Notes: generated by a model from the sequence alone, not told the origin. 42,108 bases of DNA from Actinomycetota bacterium (GCA_039804335.1 JBDLWK010000001.1:1-42108), one strand, 5' to 3'. Numbered from the stretch's first letter, positions 1 through 13,235 are shown. Translations and numbers: made by a program.

Positions 1-9
1 TGTGGTCAT
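1..9 (-). CDS. Probable start of a gene running off the window edge (ATG ACC ACA...)
   Basis: Minus strand TAGGAT-N6-ATG, the same leaderless pattern as many genes here; only 3 codons visible. Confidence 0.35.
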
Positions 10-26
10 TGTTCAATCCTACCGTG

Positions 27-99
27 TGGAGATAAGGGGAATCGAACCCCTAACCTCTTCCATGCCATGGAAGCGCGCTACCAATTGCGCCATATCCCC
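27..99 (-). tRNA. tRNA-Ala(GGC), CCA not encoded
   Basis: Reverse complement GGGGATA...TATCTCCA cloverleaf; anticodon arm CTTCC-AT-GGC-AT-GGAAG; T-loop TTCGATT; G3:U70 Ala identity pair. Confidence 0.96.
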
Positions 100-148
100 G
101 AGTCAATCAATTCGAATCGCAAGCTTTTCGAACCCATTGGTCAGAATA

Positions 149-808
149 TTACCTCACTGAGTCAGGGATGACAGCAGCACCATCTTGCCCCAGAACCGGC
201 TCTGGAATTGAGCCAGCGTTATGTTCTGTCAGCAGCCAGCCCTTGGGAGTATGCGAGAGAACAGACCATGAGGCATTTGATAGCCCGCCGATCTTTGACC
301 AGAAGGGAATGGGTAGCTCGAGGTATGAACCGATTACAGCGCGCGCTGTGCCGCCATGTGTTGCAACAATTAAAGTCTCGCCATCTTTTCCTGCGAGGTA
401 ATCTTCAATAGCAGCCTTTGCTCGTGCACCGACTTCGCTACGACGATCACCAGTACCGCCGGCCGGGTTGTCACCACCGAGTGACCACTCTATGAGGTTT
501 GCATGATCTGTCGCGCGAATCTCTGCGCCAGTTAGACCTTCCCACATTCCACAATTAGTCTCTCGTAAACGTGCATCAATATTTACAGCCAGTCCGCTGA
601 GATCTGCAAGTGCCTGCGCAGTTTTCTGCGCCCGCATCAAATCGCTCGAGATGATTGCAGTTGGCTTCATATCAACTACAAGTCGAGCTGCATGGGTGAC
701 TTGGTACTCGCCCACTGCATTGAGCGGGATATCTGTGTGGCCTTGAAACTTATTTGCAACGTTCCAATCTGTCTGACCGTGGCGCCACAAAATTATGGTG
801 TTTGCCAT
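149..808 (-). CDS. Histidine phosphatase / phosphoglycerate mutase family protein
   Basis: RHGQTDWN motif, RAQKTA, LRE and ATHGG; usual neighbour of nadD-rsfS in Actinobacteria. Confidence 0.9.
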   Translation of the reverse strand: MANTIILWRHGQTDWNVANKFQGHTDIPLNAVGEYQVTHAARLVVDMKPTAIISSDLMRAQKTAQALADLSGLAVNIDARLRETNCGMWEGLTGAEIRATDHANLIEWSLGGDNPAGGTGDRRSEVGARAKAAIEDYLAGKDGETLIVATHGGTARAVIGSYLELPIPFWSKIGGLSNASWSVLSHTPKGWLLTEHNAGSIPEPVLGQDGAAVIPDSVR

Positions 809-814
809 GGCTAC

Positions 815-1195
815 TTATTCTCCAACAGCCTCTTCGGATGGTTCTTTAATATCAAGTGGGATTGTTGGGCAATCGTTCCAGAGGCGATCGAGCATGTAAT
901 AGCTACGAAGTGTCTTGCTCTGGATATGGACAACGAGATCTGAATAATCAAGGAGCGCCCACTCTTCGCTGATTTCACGGCGAAGTGGCTTATCTCCAGC
1001 AAGGCGAAGCTTCTCTTCTACCCAATCAGAAATTGCAGATACCTGACGAACGTTCTGCGCTGTAACAATAAGGAATACCTCTGAGAGAACTGCCTGCTCT
1101 GAGAGATCGAGTGCGACCATCTCGGTTCCGAACTTATCGGCAGCAGCTTGTGCGGCAATCTGGGTATGGGCGATTGTGCTCTGGCTAGCTGACAT
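815..1195 (-). CDS. rsfS: Ribosome silencing factor RsfS (Iojap)
   Basis: AAADK...RQVSAI...WALLDYSDLVVH...YYMLDRLWNDCP; start moved to ATG 1195 (MSASQ) to remove the long overlap with nadD. Confidence 0.93.
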   Translation of the reverse strand: MSASQSTIAHTQIAAQAAADKFGTEMVALDLSEQAVLSEVFLIVTAQNVRQVSAISDWVEEKLRLAGDKPLRREISEEWALLDYSDLVVHIQSKTLRSYYMLDRLWNDCPTIPLDIKEPSEEAVGE

Positions 1196-1733
1196 AGAGG
1201 TTGTTCTCCTTGATATAGGCGGCGACAGATGGCGATAGCTGATCTGACTGGTGCAATCGTACTTGGGTTGCAGAGAGATCAATTGCATCGATATCTCGCG
1301 CAGAATCACTGAAATAGCCTGGGCGTTGAATGACTTCAAGCGTGACAAGCTCCATTAGCTCATCGACTCGATGCCATTGATCGATTTTTTCATAGGCATC
1401 AGTGCCAACGATAAGAACGATTTCATCATCTGGATATGTCTGCTTGATTGCTTCAACGGTATCGATTGTGTAGCTAGGACCCATCCGCAAAATCTCAATC
1501 GGATTGACTTCAACCTTTGTTGAAATTTCAGGAGGAAGATCTTTGAGGGCGAGTTGGCACATGGCACGACGCGCCGCTCCTGGTGCAACAGGGGCATTCT
1601 CTCGAAGTCGTGGCTCTCCTGCAGGAACTAGGAGAATCCGGTCGACAATGTTCTGAGAGAGCAGCTGGGTAATTACATGAAGGTGGCCGTTATGAATCGG
1701 ATCAAAGGTCCCGCCATAAAGCCCTAAGCGCAT
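1185..1733 (-). CDS. nadD: Nicotinate-nucleotide adenylyltransferase
   Basis: GGTFDPIHNGH (HxGH), SYTIDT, LIVGTD, LSATQVR. Confidence 0.95.
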   Translation of the reverse strand: MRLGLYGGTFDPIHNGHLHVITQLLSQNIVDRILLVPAGEPRLRENAPVAPGAARRAMCQLALKDLPPEISTKVEVNPIEILRMGPSYTIDTVEAIKQTYPDDEIVLIVGTDAYEKIDQWHRVDELMELVTLEVIQRPGYFSDSARDIDAIDLSATQVRLHQSDQLSPSVAAYIKENNLYVS

Positions 1734-1738
1734 AGGAA

Positions 1739-1858
1739 TTACTTGTCGAAGCGAAGTACGACGTAGAGCAAGAATAAGAAGATGCCGAAAGTTGTGACGC
1801 CAAATGCCACTGGTGAGATTGGAAGCTCGCGAGTTACTTCATTGAGATATGCAGACAT
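1739..1858 (-). CDS. Small single-pass membrane protein, 39 aa (not in the ORF track)
   Basis: Manual translation MSAYLNEVTRELPISPVAFGVTTFGIFLFLLYVVLRFDK*; TAGCCT-N6-ATG promoter pattern; fills the ligA-nadD gap. Confidence 0.75.
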   Translation of the reverse strand: MSAYLNEVTRELPISPVAFGVTTFGIFLFLLYVVLRFDK

Positions 1859-1870
1859 GGGAGAAGGCTA

Positions 1871-4970
<3,100 letters not shown>

Positions 4971-4974
<4 letters not shown>

Positions 4975-6110
4975 CGTGCGCTCCGAGCTCGTTCAACAAC
5001 GGCAGGAAGTGCAGCAATTACCGCATCAACATCGCTCTGCGCAGATGTTGCACCAAATGAGAATCGCAGCGTTGACATCACTGCATCTTCATCGATGCCC
5101 ATCGCTTCTAGTACATGGCTTGGACGATGAACGCCGGCAGTGCAGGCAGCGCCGGTTGAGCAAGAAATCTCTTCGCCATCGAGTAATAGAAGAAGTGTCT
5201 CGTTGAGAGCACCTGGGATTGTGACGCTAGAAATTCCAGGAAGGCGATCTTCTGCTGCGCCATTGATTACGGCATCAGGAATCACATGGCTTATGCCACG
5301 TTCAAAGGAATGGCGAAGCGCCGCTACATCGTGAGATGAGTAAGTGCTCTTAGTGATTGCAGATGCGAGTGCGACGATTGAAGGCGCATTGACTGTGCCG
5401 CTGCGAATCTCGCGCTCTTGTCCTCCGCCGTGAATGAGAGCGGGGATGTCAATACCGCGCTGTAGAACCAAAATTCCGATTCCGATGGGGCCACCAACTT
5501 TATGACCGCTTAAGGATGCAGCGAAGAGTCCGAGCTCTTTAAATGAGAAGGCAACTTTTCCCCAGGATTGAATTGCATCGCTATGTACCGGAATATCACC
5601 GGCTATTTCTACGAGATCGGCGATCGGTTGGATGACGCCAGTCTCGTTATTGCTATGCATTACAGAAATCAGAGCAATCGAATCTCCATGTTGAGCGATT
5701 AAGAGTTGCAGTGCATCGAGGCTGACCACACCATCTTCGGTAGTTGGAATAGTGATGTGTTGCGCACCTTCATGTTCTGCCAACCAGAGGGCGGGTTCGA
5801 GAACCGCTTGATGCTCGATAGAGCTGGTAATAATGATCGGGCGCTTGGCGTCAACATTACGCTTCCAGAAGATGCCTTTGATTGCGATGTTATTGGCCTC
5901 AGTACCTGAGCCGGTAAAGATAATTTCACTTGGGGCGCAACCAATATTCTTAGCAAGAATGTCTCGCGCATCCTCAACATACTTTCGAACGGCGCGACCA
6001 TCTGCATGAAGCGAAGATGGGTTGCCAATGATTGCCAGAGCGTTCGACATCGCCTCAATTGCGGCAGGGTTCATCGGCGTAGTTGCCGCATGATCGAGGT
6101 AGATGCTCAC
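4971..6110 (-). CDS. iscS: Cysteine desulfurase (IscS/NifS class I), likely sulfur donor to MnmA
   Basis: YLDHAATTP, NNETG, SGHKVGGP (PLP lysine), STGAACTAG (catalytic Cys); overlaps the mnmA start. Confidence 0.9.
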
Positions 6111-6138
6111 GGGGAGCAGTCTAGTTTGAAGGCGAGGG

Positions 6139-7092
6139 TTAAGCCTTCTTCGCCTTTACACCTTCAGTTGCTGCTGGAAGTACGGCAAAGAGGTCACCGA
6201 CCACCCCGAAATCTGCGATTTCAAAGAGTGGAGCCTCGGGATCCTTGTTAACAACAACGATTGTCTTTGAGGTCTGCATGCCTGCACGGTGCTGGATGGC
6301 ACCTGAGATGCCGCAAGCAACATAGAGAGCCGGACTGACGCTCTTACCTGTCTGACCAACCTGATGTGAATGTGGATACCAACCGGCATCAGTTGCAGCG
6401 CGTGATGCGCCTACTGCTGCGCCCATTGAATCGGCAAATGCTTCAACTGCGGCGAAGTTTCCATCGGTACCGCGACCACCAGAGACAACGATATTTGCCT
6501 CTGTAAGTTCTGGGCGTCCACCCTTAACCGGAGGTTGTGATGAAGAGATTGTTGCCTTCTTTGCAACATCAGCGACTGCAATTGACTCTGATGAGATTGC
6601 AGGAGTTGATGGAGTGAAATCAGCTGAGATTGAGTTTGGTCGCACTGTAATTACCGGTGTGCCATGGCTGACAACAGATAGAACAGTTGTAGATCCACCG
6701 AAGACAAGCTGGGTAGCTGTTGCGCTTGCATCAACATCAACGGCATCTGTGATGATTCCAGATTCGAGAGTAACTGCTACGCGGGCAGCAACTTCCTTTC
6801 CAAATGCATGTGATGCGATGAGAAGGGCTGCAGGTGACTGTGCCTTTGCAATTTGTGCAAGGGCATCAGCTGCAGCTGCGACGCCATGTGATGCAAAGTC
6901 AGCCGACTCGATAACAATTACCTTGGCAATTGGACCTTGGTTGACTGTTGCAGCGAGTGCAGAACCTGCGCCAGGAGCGGCGAGAACAACTGCTGTAACC
7001 TCGCCGATGCGAGCGCCTGCTGTTGCAAGCTCTGCAGTGGTCTTTGATGCCTTATCTCCTGAGAAATCGGCGAGAATTAATACTGTGCTCAT
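6139..7092 (-). CDS. etfA: Electron transfer flavoprotein alpha subunit (FixB)
   Basis: [28 protein letters not shown]. Confidence 0.97.
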   Translation of the reverse strand: MSTVLILADFSGDKASKTTAELATAGARIGEVTAVVLAAPGAGSALAATVNQGPIAKVIVIESADFASHGVAAAADALAQIAKAQSPAALLIASHAFGKEVAARVAVTLESGIITDAVDVDASATATQLVFGGSTTVLSVVSHGTPVITVRPNSISADFTPSTPAISSESIAVADVAKKATISSSQPPVKGGRPELTEANIVVSGGRGTDGNFAAVEAFADSMGAAVGASRAATDAGWYPHSHQVGQTGKSVSPALYVACGISGAIQHRAGMQTSKTIVVVNKDPEAPLFEIADFGVVGDLFAVLPAATEGVKAKKA

Positions 7093-7880
7093 ATCAACTT
7101 CTTCTCTGCTAGGAAATTAACAAGTGCTTCTGCGCCACTGCCATTGTCGTCAGTGACCTTTGCGCCAGCTGCACGTGGTGGACGAGGTGTCGCATCTTTG
7201 ACTTCTGACCAACTGCTTTCAGCTGAGATTCCAATCGCTGCAAGATCCTTAGATTCAATTGTCTTCTTCTTGGCAGCCATGATTCCCTTAAATGATGGGT
7301 AGCGTGGTTCATTTATTTTCTCGACAACGCTAATGACCGCTGGCAACTGAGCTGAAATCTGATCGACGCCAGCTTCTGTTGTGCGCGTAATTGAAATTTT
7401 TGATGAGGCTGGATCAACGCTAACTTGAGATGCAAAAGTTAACTGCGCCCAACCTAAGCGAGCGCTGAGCATCGCCGGTACAACGCTCATACGAGCATCA
7501 GTGCTTTCAGTTCCGCAGATGACGAGGTCATAACCTCCTGAGTTAATTACCTGTGCTAACACCTTTGATGTCGCCAAAGCATCGCTACCGGCGAGCGCAG
7601 GATCGGTAATAAGAATTGCATCGTTGGCGCCCATAGAGAGAGCTTTACGAACTGCTTCAGTTGCGCGCTCTGGTCCCATAGAAATGACGGTGATTGAATG
7701 TGCCGCGTCATCGCCTTCATTGCCGCCATGTGCTTCAGCGATCTTTAGCGCTTCCTCCACCGCATATTCGTCGAGGTCATTGAGAACTGCATCAACGCTC
7801 TCGCGATCGAGGCGGCCATTGACCATCTTCTTCTCAGCCCATGAGTCGGGCACTTGCTTTACGCAGACTGCAATCTTCAT
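7089..7880 (-). CDS. etfB: Electron transfer flavoprotein beta subunit (FixA)
   Basis: [31 protein letters not shown]; start set at ATG 7880 (TAACAT-N7-ATG). Confidence 0.96.
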   Translation of the reverse strand: MKIAVCVKQVPDSWAEKKMVNGRLDRESVDAVLNDLDEYAVEEALKIAEAHGGNEGDDAAHSITVISMGPERATEAVRKALSMGANDAILITDPALAGSDALATSKVLAQVINSGGYDLVICGTESTDARMSVVPAMLSARLGWAQLTFASQVSVDPASSKISITRTTEAGVDQISAQLPAVISVVEKINEPRYPSFKGIMAAKKKTIESKDLAAIGISAESSWSEVKDATPRPPRAAGAKVTDDNGSGAEALVNFLAEKKLI

Positions 7881-7889
7881 GAGCGTGAT

Positions 7890-7905
7890 GTTACTGGTGG
7901 GTAGC
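7890..7905. promoter_or_regulatory. Candidate operator (imperfect inverted repeat) overlapping the etfB -10 box
   Basis: GTTAC-TGGTGG-GTAGC; overlaps minus-strand TAACAT (7888-7893). Confidence 0.4.
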
Positions 7906-8021
7906 CCATTTGGGAAGTGCAGGACACGCTCAGATTTGAACTCTAAACCTTCACTTAATATTTGATAACACGACATATTGAGGTCGCATTTGCAGAAGGT
8001 GATAGCCGGAACCTGTCACCT

Positions 8022-9167
8022 ATGGAATCCCTAGGTCAGCGTCTCCGTATCGCCATTGTCACCGAAGCCTTCCTTCCCCAGGTTAACGGTGTCACCAACT
8101 CTGTCTTACGTCTGCTCGAATACTGTCGAGCAGAAGGCCATGAAGTACTAGTTATCGCCCCTGAAAGTCTGGGCGCACCGAAGGAATATGTTGGTTACAA
8201 GATCAAACATGTTCCTAGTATCTCGATGAAGAAGTTGATCCCGATGGGTGTGCCACAGAAATCACTCGAACCGCTCCTTGAAGGTTTCGATCCCGATGTT
8301 ATCCATCTCGCCTCACCAATCTTTCTCGGGCACTACGTTACCAAGATTGCACGACGAATGAATATCCCAACCGTCTCTGTCTATCAGACAGATATTGCCG
8401 GTTTTGCTCGCCACTACAAATTAACAATTGCACATTCAACGCTGAAGAAGTGGGTTGCCAGAATTCACTCCTCTTCAGATCTCACCCTCGCTCCTTCAGA
8501 GTGGGCTTGTCGCGATCTCGCGGAGAGCGGCGTTGGAAATGTAAAGCTCTGGAAGCGCGGTGTCGATCTTGTCAGATTCGATCCAGCAAAGCGCGATGAA
8601 GAACTTCGCGCTCAGCTTGTAGGAAAATCGAAGAAGACAATCATTGGTTACGTTGGTCGTTTAGCCAATGAGAAGCGAATCGATGATCTAGAGATACTTG
8701 ATGCACAAGATGAGATTCAACTCGTCATAGTTGGAGATGGACCTGCGGCAGAGAAGTTCAAGAAAGTTCTTCCACATGCAATCTTTGTCGGGTACCAATC
8801 AGGTGAAGAGCTCGCTCGCTATGTAGCCTCCTTTGATTTATTTGTACACACTGGAAAGCATGAAACTTTCTGTCAGGGCATTCAGGAGGCGCTTGCCTCA
8901 GGAGTTCCGGTCATCGGGCCAAATACAGGCGGTCCAGTCGATCTCATTGCACATGGCAAGACTGGGCTTCTCATTAATACCTCTGAACCGAGTGAATTGC
9001 TGGCAGCAGCTGATTACCTGATCACACATTCAGATATCGAAGCAATGCGCAGGGCAGCACGAGAGTCTGTCTCTCATCGATCTTGGGATTACATCAACGC
9101 TCAATTGATGCGCCACTACCGCAAAACAATCATGAAGGTCCAAAGTCGCAAGGAGCGGGTCGCATGA
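8022..9167 (+). CDS. GT4 glycosyltransferase (MgtA/PimB-like alpha-glycosyltransferase)
   Basis: EAFLPQVNGV, YVGRLANEK, HETFCQGIQEALASG (ExF...E motif); start at ATG 8022. Confidence 0.9.
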   Translation: MESLGQRLRIAIVTEAFLPQVNGVTNSVLRLLEYCRAEGHEVLVIAPESLGAPKEYVGYKIKHVPSISMKKLIPMGVPQKSLEPLLEGFDPDVIHLASPIFLGHYVTKIARRMNIPTVSVYQTDIAGFARHYKLTIAHSTLKKWVARIHSSSDLTLAPSEWACRDLAESGVGNVKLWKRGVDLVRFDPAKRDEELRAQLVGKSKKTIIGYVGRLANEKRIDDLEILDAQDEIQLVIVGDGPAAEKFKKVLPHAIFVGYQSGEELARYVASFDLFVHTGKHETFCQGIQEALASGVPVIGPNTGGPVDLIAHGKTGLLINTSEPSELLAAADYLITHSDIEAMRRAARESVSHRSWDYINAQLMRHYRKTIMKVQSRKERVA

Positions 9168-10300
9168 AGATCGTACATATCGCAAATTTCTATGGCCCTA
9201 AATCTGGTGGCATAAAGACAACGCTCAACAATTTGGGATCTGAGTACCTCAAGCTGGGTCATGAGTTTATTTATGTCGTACCCGGTAAGAAGTTTGGACG
9301 CGAGAAGACTCAATACGGATCCTGTATCACCATGCCTTCCTGGGTGATTCCATTTACCGGAGGTTATCGAGTCATCCGTTCTACTTATCGCTTGAAGTCA
9401 CTACTTGGCGCACTTGCTCCAGATAAAGTCGAAGTTTCCGATCGCTTCACACTCTCAGGCATTGGCATCTGGGCTCGTCGTCGCGGAATTCCTGCCATCG
9501 TCTTTAGCCACGAGACACTGAGTGGATTGATCAAGAATTACATCGGCATTCCATTAAATCGCTTCGCACAGTGGCATAACTCTCGCTTGGCTTCTAGGTT
9601 TGATCATGTCGTAACAACAACTCACTTTGCTGCTACTGAGTTCCGAGAGATTGAAACAAAGAATCTAGTTCAGATTCCGTTAGGTGTAGACCTTGCAACC
9701 TTCTCGCCCGAAAATTTCAATGCAGAGCTTCGCGCAAAGTTGATCAAAGGTGGCGATGTTCTCTTGGTTCATTGTGGACGCCTATCGCCAGAGAAGAAGC
9801 CAGAGCGCTCAATTGAAGCGCTCCGCGCACTGCTTGAACGTGGAGTCAATGCAAGATTGGTCTATGTGGGTACTGGCCCGCTCTACTCCAAGCTCTACAA
9901 ATCTTCTCGCGATATTCCAGTCTCCTTCTGGGGTTATGTAGCAAATAAAGATCTACTAGCCCAGATCCTCGCCAGCGCCGATATCTCTATCGCACCAGGA
10001 CCTCTGGAAACATTCTGTTTGGCCGCACTTGAATCCCTCGCAAGCGGTACTCCAGTAGTTGCATCAGAATCAAGCGCAGTGGGTGAGTTCCTTCGCTGCA
10101 GCGATGACTCTTTCGTGGGCATCACAGCTGCAAATAACGGTGAGGCCTTCGCAGATGCGATTCAAGTTCTCCTTCGTCAATTAGAGAAAGACAGCACCTT
10201 GGGCGAGCGTTGCCATAAGCAAGCGCTTCAATTCCCATGGTCACAGACAGCCCGTCGTTTGCAAGAGCTCAAGAATGTCAGAAGCAGGGAGGCTGCTTAA
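9164..10300 (+). CDS. GT4 glycosyltransferase
   Basis: ANFYGPKSGG, CGRLSPEK, LETFCLAALESLASG; ATGA overlap with the upstream GT. Confidence 0.9.
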   Translation: MKIVHIANFYGPKSGGIKTTLNNLGSEYLKLGHEFIYVVPGKKFGREKTQYGSCITMPSWVIPFTGGYRVIRSTYRLKSLLGALAPDKVEVSDRFTLSGIGIWARRRGIPAIVFSHETLSGLIKNYIGIPLNRFAQWHNSRLASRFDHVVTTTHFAATEFREIETKNLVQIPLGVDLATFSPENFNAELRAKLIKGGDVLLVHCGRLSPEKKPERSIEALRALLERGVNARLVYVGTGPLYSKLYKSSRDIPVSFWGYVANKDLLAQILASADISIAPGPLETFCLAALESLASGTPVVASESSAVGEFLRCSDDSFVGITAANNGEAFADAIQVLLRQLEKDSTLGERCHKQALQFPWSQTARRLQELKNVRSREAA

Positions 10301-10302
10301 GA

Positions 10303-11235
10303 ATGTCTCGACCAGTTCTCTTTGTGGTTTTGGGCGATAGCGCTGCCTCAGGTGTTGGTGACTCTGATGATCTTGGAAACTACTTTGGTTGGGGACACCA
10401 TTTAGCTCAAGCTTTCGCCGAACCAGTTACCTACCTCAACTTTGCCCGCCCAGGTGCGCAATCAAATGAAGTACTTGAACTCCAGCTGCCAAAGATCACT
10501 GATCTCTCGCCAGACCTCGTAGCGGTCATCGTTGGCGGCAATGATTTATTGCGAAATGGTTTCTCTCCGCGAACATTTGAGAAGAACCTCAACGCCACTC
10601 TGGAAGCCATTGAGGATATGGGTGCAATTTCCATGTTGCTCGAACTTCATGACCCAACAGCAATCGTGCCAATGCCACGTCTTCTCCAACGTGTTTGCAA
10701 TCGCCGGGTTGATGAGGTCAATCGAATCACTCGTAAAATGGGGAAGCGATTTGGGTCGATACTTCTTGAAACCCGAACTCTGCCGGAGATTTACACCCGA
10801 GAAAAATGGCATGTCGATCGGATGCATCCGAGCCGAAACGGTCATCAATTCATCGCTGATTCATTTGCGCATCTGCTTCGTGCTCGAGGTTTTGAGATTG
10901 GTATCGTGGACTTCTCTTCTGGAAATAATAGGAGCCGTAAAGATTCCATCCTCTGGATGATACGTAATGGCGTCCCGTGGTTCTTCAAGCGCAGCTTTGA
11001 TCTATTGCCAGCCATGTTGCTCTTGATGTCGATTGAGTTAATTCAGATTCTTTTTGAGAAATTACAATCTTTTCCAAAAAATAGGCGACTTACCATCGAG
11101 AGTCAGGGCAGACTACCCCTATGCATCCAGCCGACCCCCGGACACTTGGTGCCACCCTCACAGATGGTGGCTGCAACTTTGCCATCTGGAGTAACGCCGC
11201 CGATGCAATCGAGCTTTGCCTCTTCAATGAAGTAA
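10303..11235 (+). CDS. SGNH/GDSL hydrolase family protein; 3' end uncertain (overlaps glgX by 115 nt)
   Basis: LGDSAA (block I), GGNDL (block III), DRMHP (block V DxxH); hydrophobic C-terminal helix. Confidence 0.85.
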   Translation: MSRPVLFVVLGDSAASGVGDSDDLGNYFGWGHHLAQAFAEPVTYLNFARPGAQSNEVLELQLPKITDLSPDLVAVIVGGNDLLRNGFSPRTFEKNLNATLEAIEDMGAISMLLELHDPTAIVPMPRLLQRVCNRRVDEVNRITRKMGKRFGSILLETRTLPEIYTREKWHVDRMHPSRNGHQFIADSFAHLLRARGFEIGIVDFSSGNNRSRKDSILWMIRNGVPWFFKRSFDLLPAMLLLMSIELIQILFEKLQSFPKNRRLTIESQGRLPLCIQPTPGHLVPPSQMVAATLPSGVTPPMQSSFASSMK

Positions 11236-13235
11236 ATGGCAAGTTAGTCGAAACCCGCTTCGCGCTATCTCATCGTAACGGCCCTATCTGGCACGGATAT
11301 CTAGCTGGAGTGCGAGCTGGTCAACGTTATGGCTATCGTGTCTATGGACCTTGGCAGCCTGAGTATGGAACACGTTTCAACGCCGCTAAATTATTGATTG
11401 ACCCCTACACCCATCGCCTCGATGGCGAGGTGACCTATGCACCTGAAATCTATTCGCATGTTGCAATCGATGGAACCGGTGAAGGCGATCTCACCTTGCG
11501 CGATGATCGCGATAGCGCCGGCTTTGTTCCTTACTCGGTTGTCACTAATCACGGCGCACGCGAGATTCATCGTCCGCTTACTTCATGGACATCAACTGTT
11601 ATTTATGAAGCACATGTTCAGGGGCTGACTGCAAAGAATCATGCAATCCCCGCCGAAGAGCGTGGAACTTATAAAGCGCTCGGCCACGAGAGCACGATTG
11701 CACATCTACAACACCTCGGCGTTACCGCAATTGAGTTATTGCCGATTCACTCTTATGTGACTGAGCCAGGAATTTGGCATCGCGGGCGTAAGAATCATTG
11801 GGGATATAACGCAATTGCGTTCTCAGCACCCCATAGCGAATATGCATCGACCAATGATCCCATTACAGAACTTCAATGGTCGGTAGATCGCTTACATGAA
11901 TCAGGTATCGAGGTTTATCTCGATGTTGTCTACAACCACACCGCAGAAGGTGGAGTCGGTGGGCCAACGCTCTCATTTAGGGGTATCGACAATAAAGCGT
12001 GGTATCGCCAAGATAGCAACGGTAGTTACCGTGATGTCACCGGCTGCGGAAATACCCTTGCGGCAAGTAATCCTCACGCTGTTCGCCACATCATCGACTC
12101 ACTCCGCTGGTGGGTAGAAGTCATCGGAGTCGACGGATTTAGATTTGATTTAGCAACTGCGCTCTATACAAGCCATACCGCCTTTAATTCATCGTTGATG
12201 TCGGCGATTGAATCTGACTCTGTACTACGTAACTTTAAGATGATTGCCGAGCCTTGGGATATCTCACGATATTCATTGGGAGATTTTCCCCATCCATGGC
12301 GTGAGTGGAATGACCGCTATCGAGATTCAGTGCGTCAATTCTGGCTCGGAGATCTCGCGCGTGGTTATGGTGAAGGCGTTTCTGACCTGGCATCAGGTAT
12401 CAGTGGCTCCTCCGATGTTTTCTACTATCGCGGTCCCACATCATCCATTAACTTCGTCACCGCCCACGATGGTTTCTCGCTCGCTGATTTGGTGATGTAT
12501 TCACATAAACATAATGAGCCAAATCAGGAAGAAAATCGCGATGGGTCAAATGACAATCGCACCTGGAACCTAGGTGTTGAAGGTCCAACAGATGATCCGG
12601 TTATTAATAAGTATCGCCACTCATTGAAGAAGTCGATTATGACTACCCTGATGCTCTCAGCTGGCGTTCCGATGATCACAATGGGTGATGAGATCTCGCG
12701 TTCGCAGAATGGCTCAAACAATACATACTCCATGCCACGTGAGATGAGTGTTGATATTGCAGATTCACCTGAGACATTTATGGGTGGCTGGGCAAATAAA
12801 TGGGATCTCGCTGAGGACGAGATTGATATGCGCGAATCAGTCGCTGAACTCGCCCGCATCCGCAAAACATATCTGGCAGATATTGCTGCAGAGTTCTTCA
12901 CTGGACGAGTAGATCTTGGAACTCAACGAAAAGATATTGCTTGGTTTAGCCTCGGTGGCCATGAGATGACTGATGAGCATTGGGGCGATGGCGAGAAGCG
13001 AAGTCTGACTGTCTTTATCGATGCCGGTCCTGATCGCGGATTGCTGCTTCTTCTTAACTCCTCGAGAGAAGAGACATTCTTTACTCTCCCTGATGCGAAG
13101 TGGGGATCTAGTTATCGACGGATCTTCGATGCAGCTTCCCCGGTAATGCTCCATGAGCCGCAGATCCAAGCCCCTGGGGTAAAGGTTTCAGTTGCACCGC
13201 ACTGTGCGCAGGTGTGGCTCGTTACACGCCACTAA
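11121..13235 (+). CDS. glgX: Glycogen debranching enzyme (GH13 isoamylase with CBM48)
   Basis: DVVYNHTAEG, GFRFDLA, IAEPWD, FVTAHDGF. Confidence 0.96.
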   Translation: MHPADPRTLGATLTDGGCNFAIWSNAADAIELCLFNEVNGKLVETRFALSHRNGPIWHGYLAGVRAGQRYGYRVYGPWQPEYGTRFNAAKLLIDPYTHRLDGEVTYAPEIYSHVAIDGTGEGDLTLRDDRDSAGFVPYSVVTNHGAREIHRPLTSWTSTVIYEAHVQGLTAKNHAIPAEERGTYKALGHESTIAHLQHLGVTAIELLPIHSYVTEPGIWHRGRKNHWGYNAIAFSAPHSEYASTNDPITELQWSVDRLHESGIEVYLDVVYNHTAEGGVGGPTLSFRGIDNKAWYRQDSNGSYRDVTGCGNTLAASNPHAVRHIIDSLRWWVEVIGVDGFRFDLATALYTSHTAFNSSLMSAIESDSVLRNFKMIAEPWDISRYSLGDFPHPWREWNDRYRDSVRQFWLGDLARGYGEGVSDLASGISGSSDVFYYRGPTSSINFVTAHDGFSLADLVMYSHKHNEPNQEENRDGSNDNRTWNLGVEGPTDDPVINKYRHSLKKSIMTTLMLSAGVPMITMGDEISRSQNGSNNTYSMPREMSVDIADSPETFMGGWANKWDLAEDEIDMRESVAELARIRKTYLADIAAEFFTGRVDLGTQRKDIAWFSLGGHEMTDEHWGDGEKRSLTVFIDAGPDRGLLLLLNSSREETFFTLPDAKWGSSYRRIFDAASPVMLHEPQIQAPGVKVSVAPHCAQVWLVTRH

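Noticed and set aside
110-135. TTCGAA...AAGCTT...TTCGAA palindromes upstream of tRNA-Ala
   Set aside because: Short 6-mers expected by chance; no further support
1196-1348. N-terminal extension of RsfS in the ORF track
   Set aside because: Lies inside nadD; RsfS similarity begins at MSASQ (1195)
6614-7120. 168-aa antisense ORF, and the many similar shadow ORFs in the track
   Set aside because: Antisense or alternate-frame to well-conserved genes, with Ser/Ala/Thr-rich composition expected from codon mirror effects
7881-8021. Longer overlapping starts for etfB (7976) and the GT (7962)
   Set aside because: They would overlap head-to-head and erase the promoter region; family similarity starts at 7880 and about 8022
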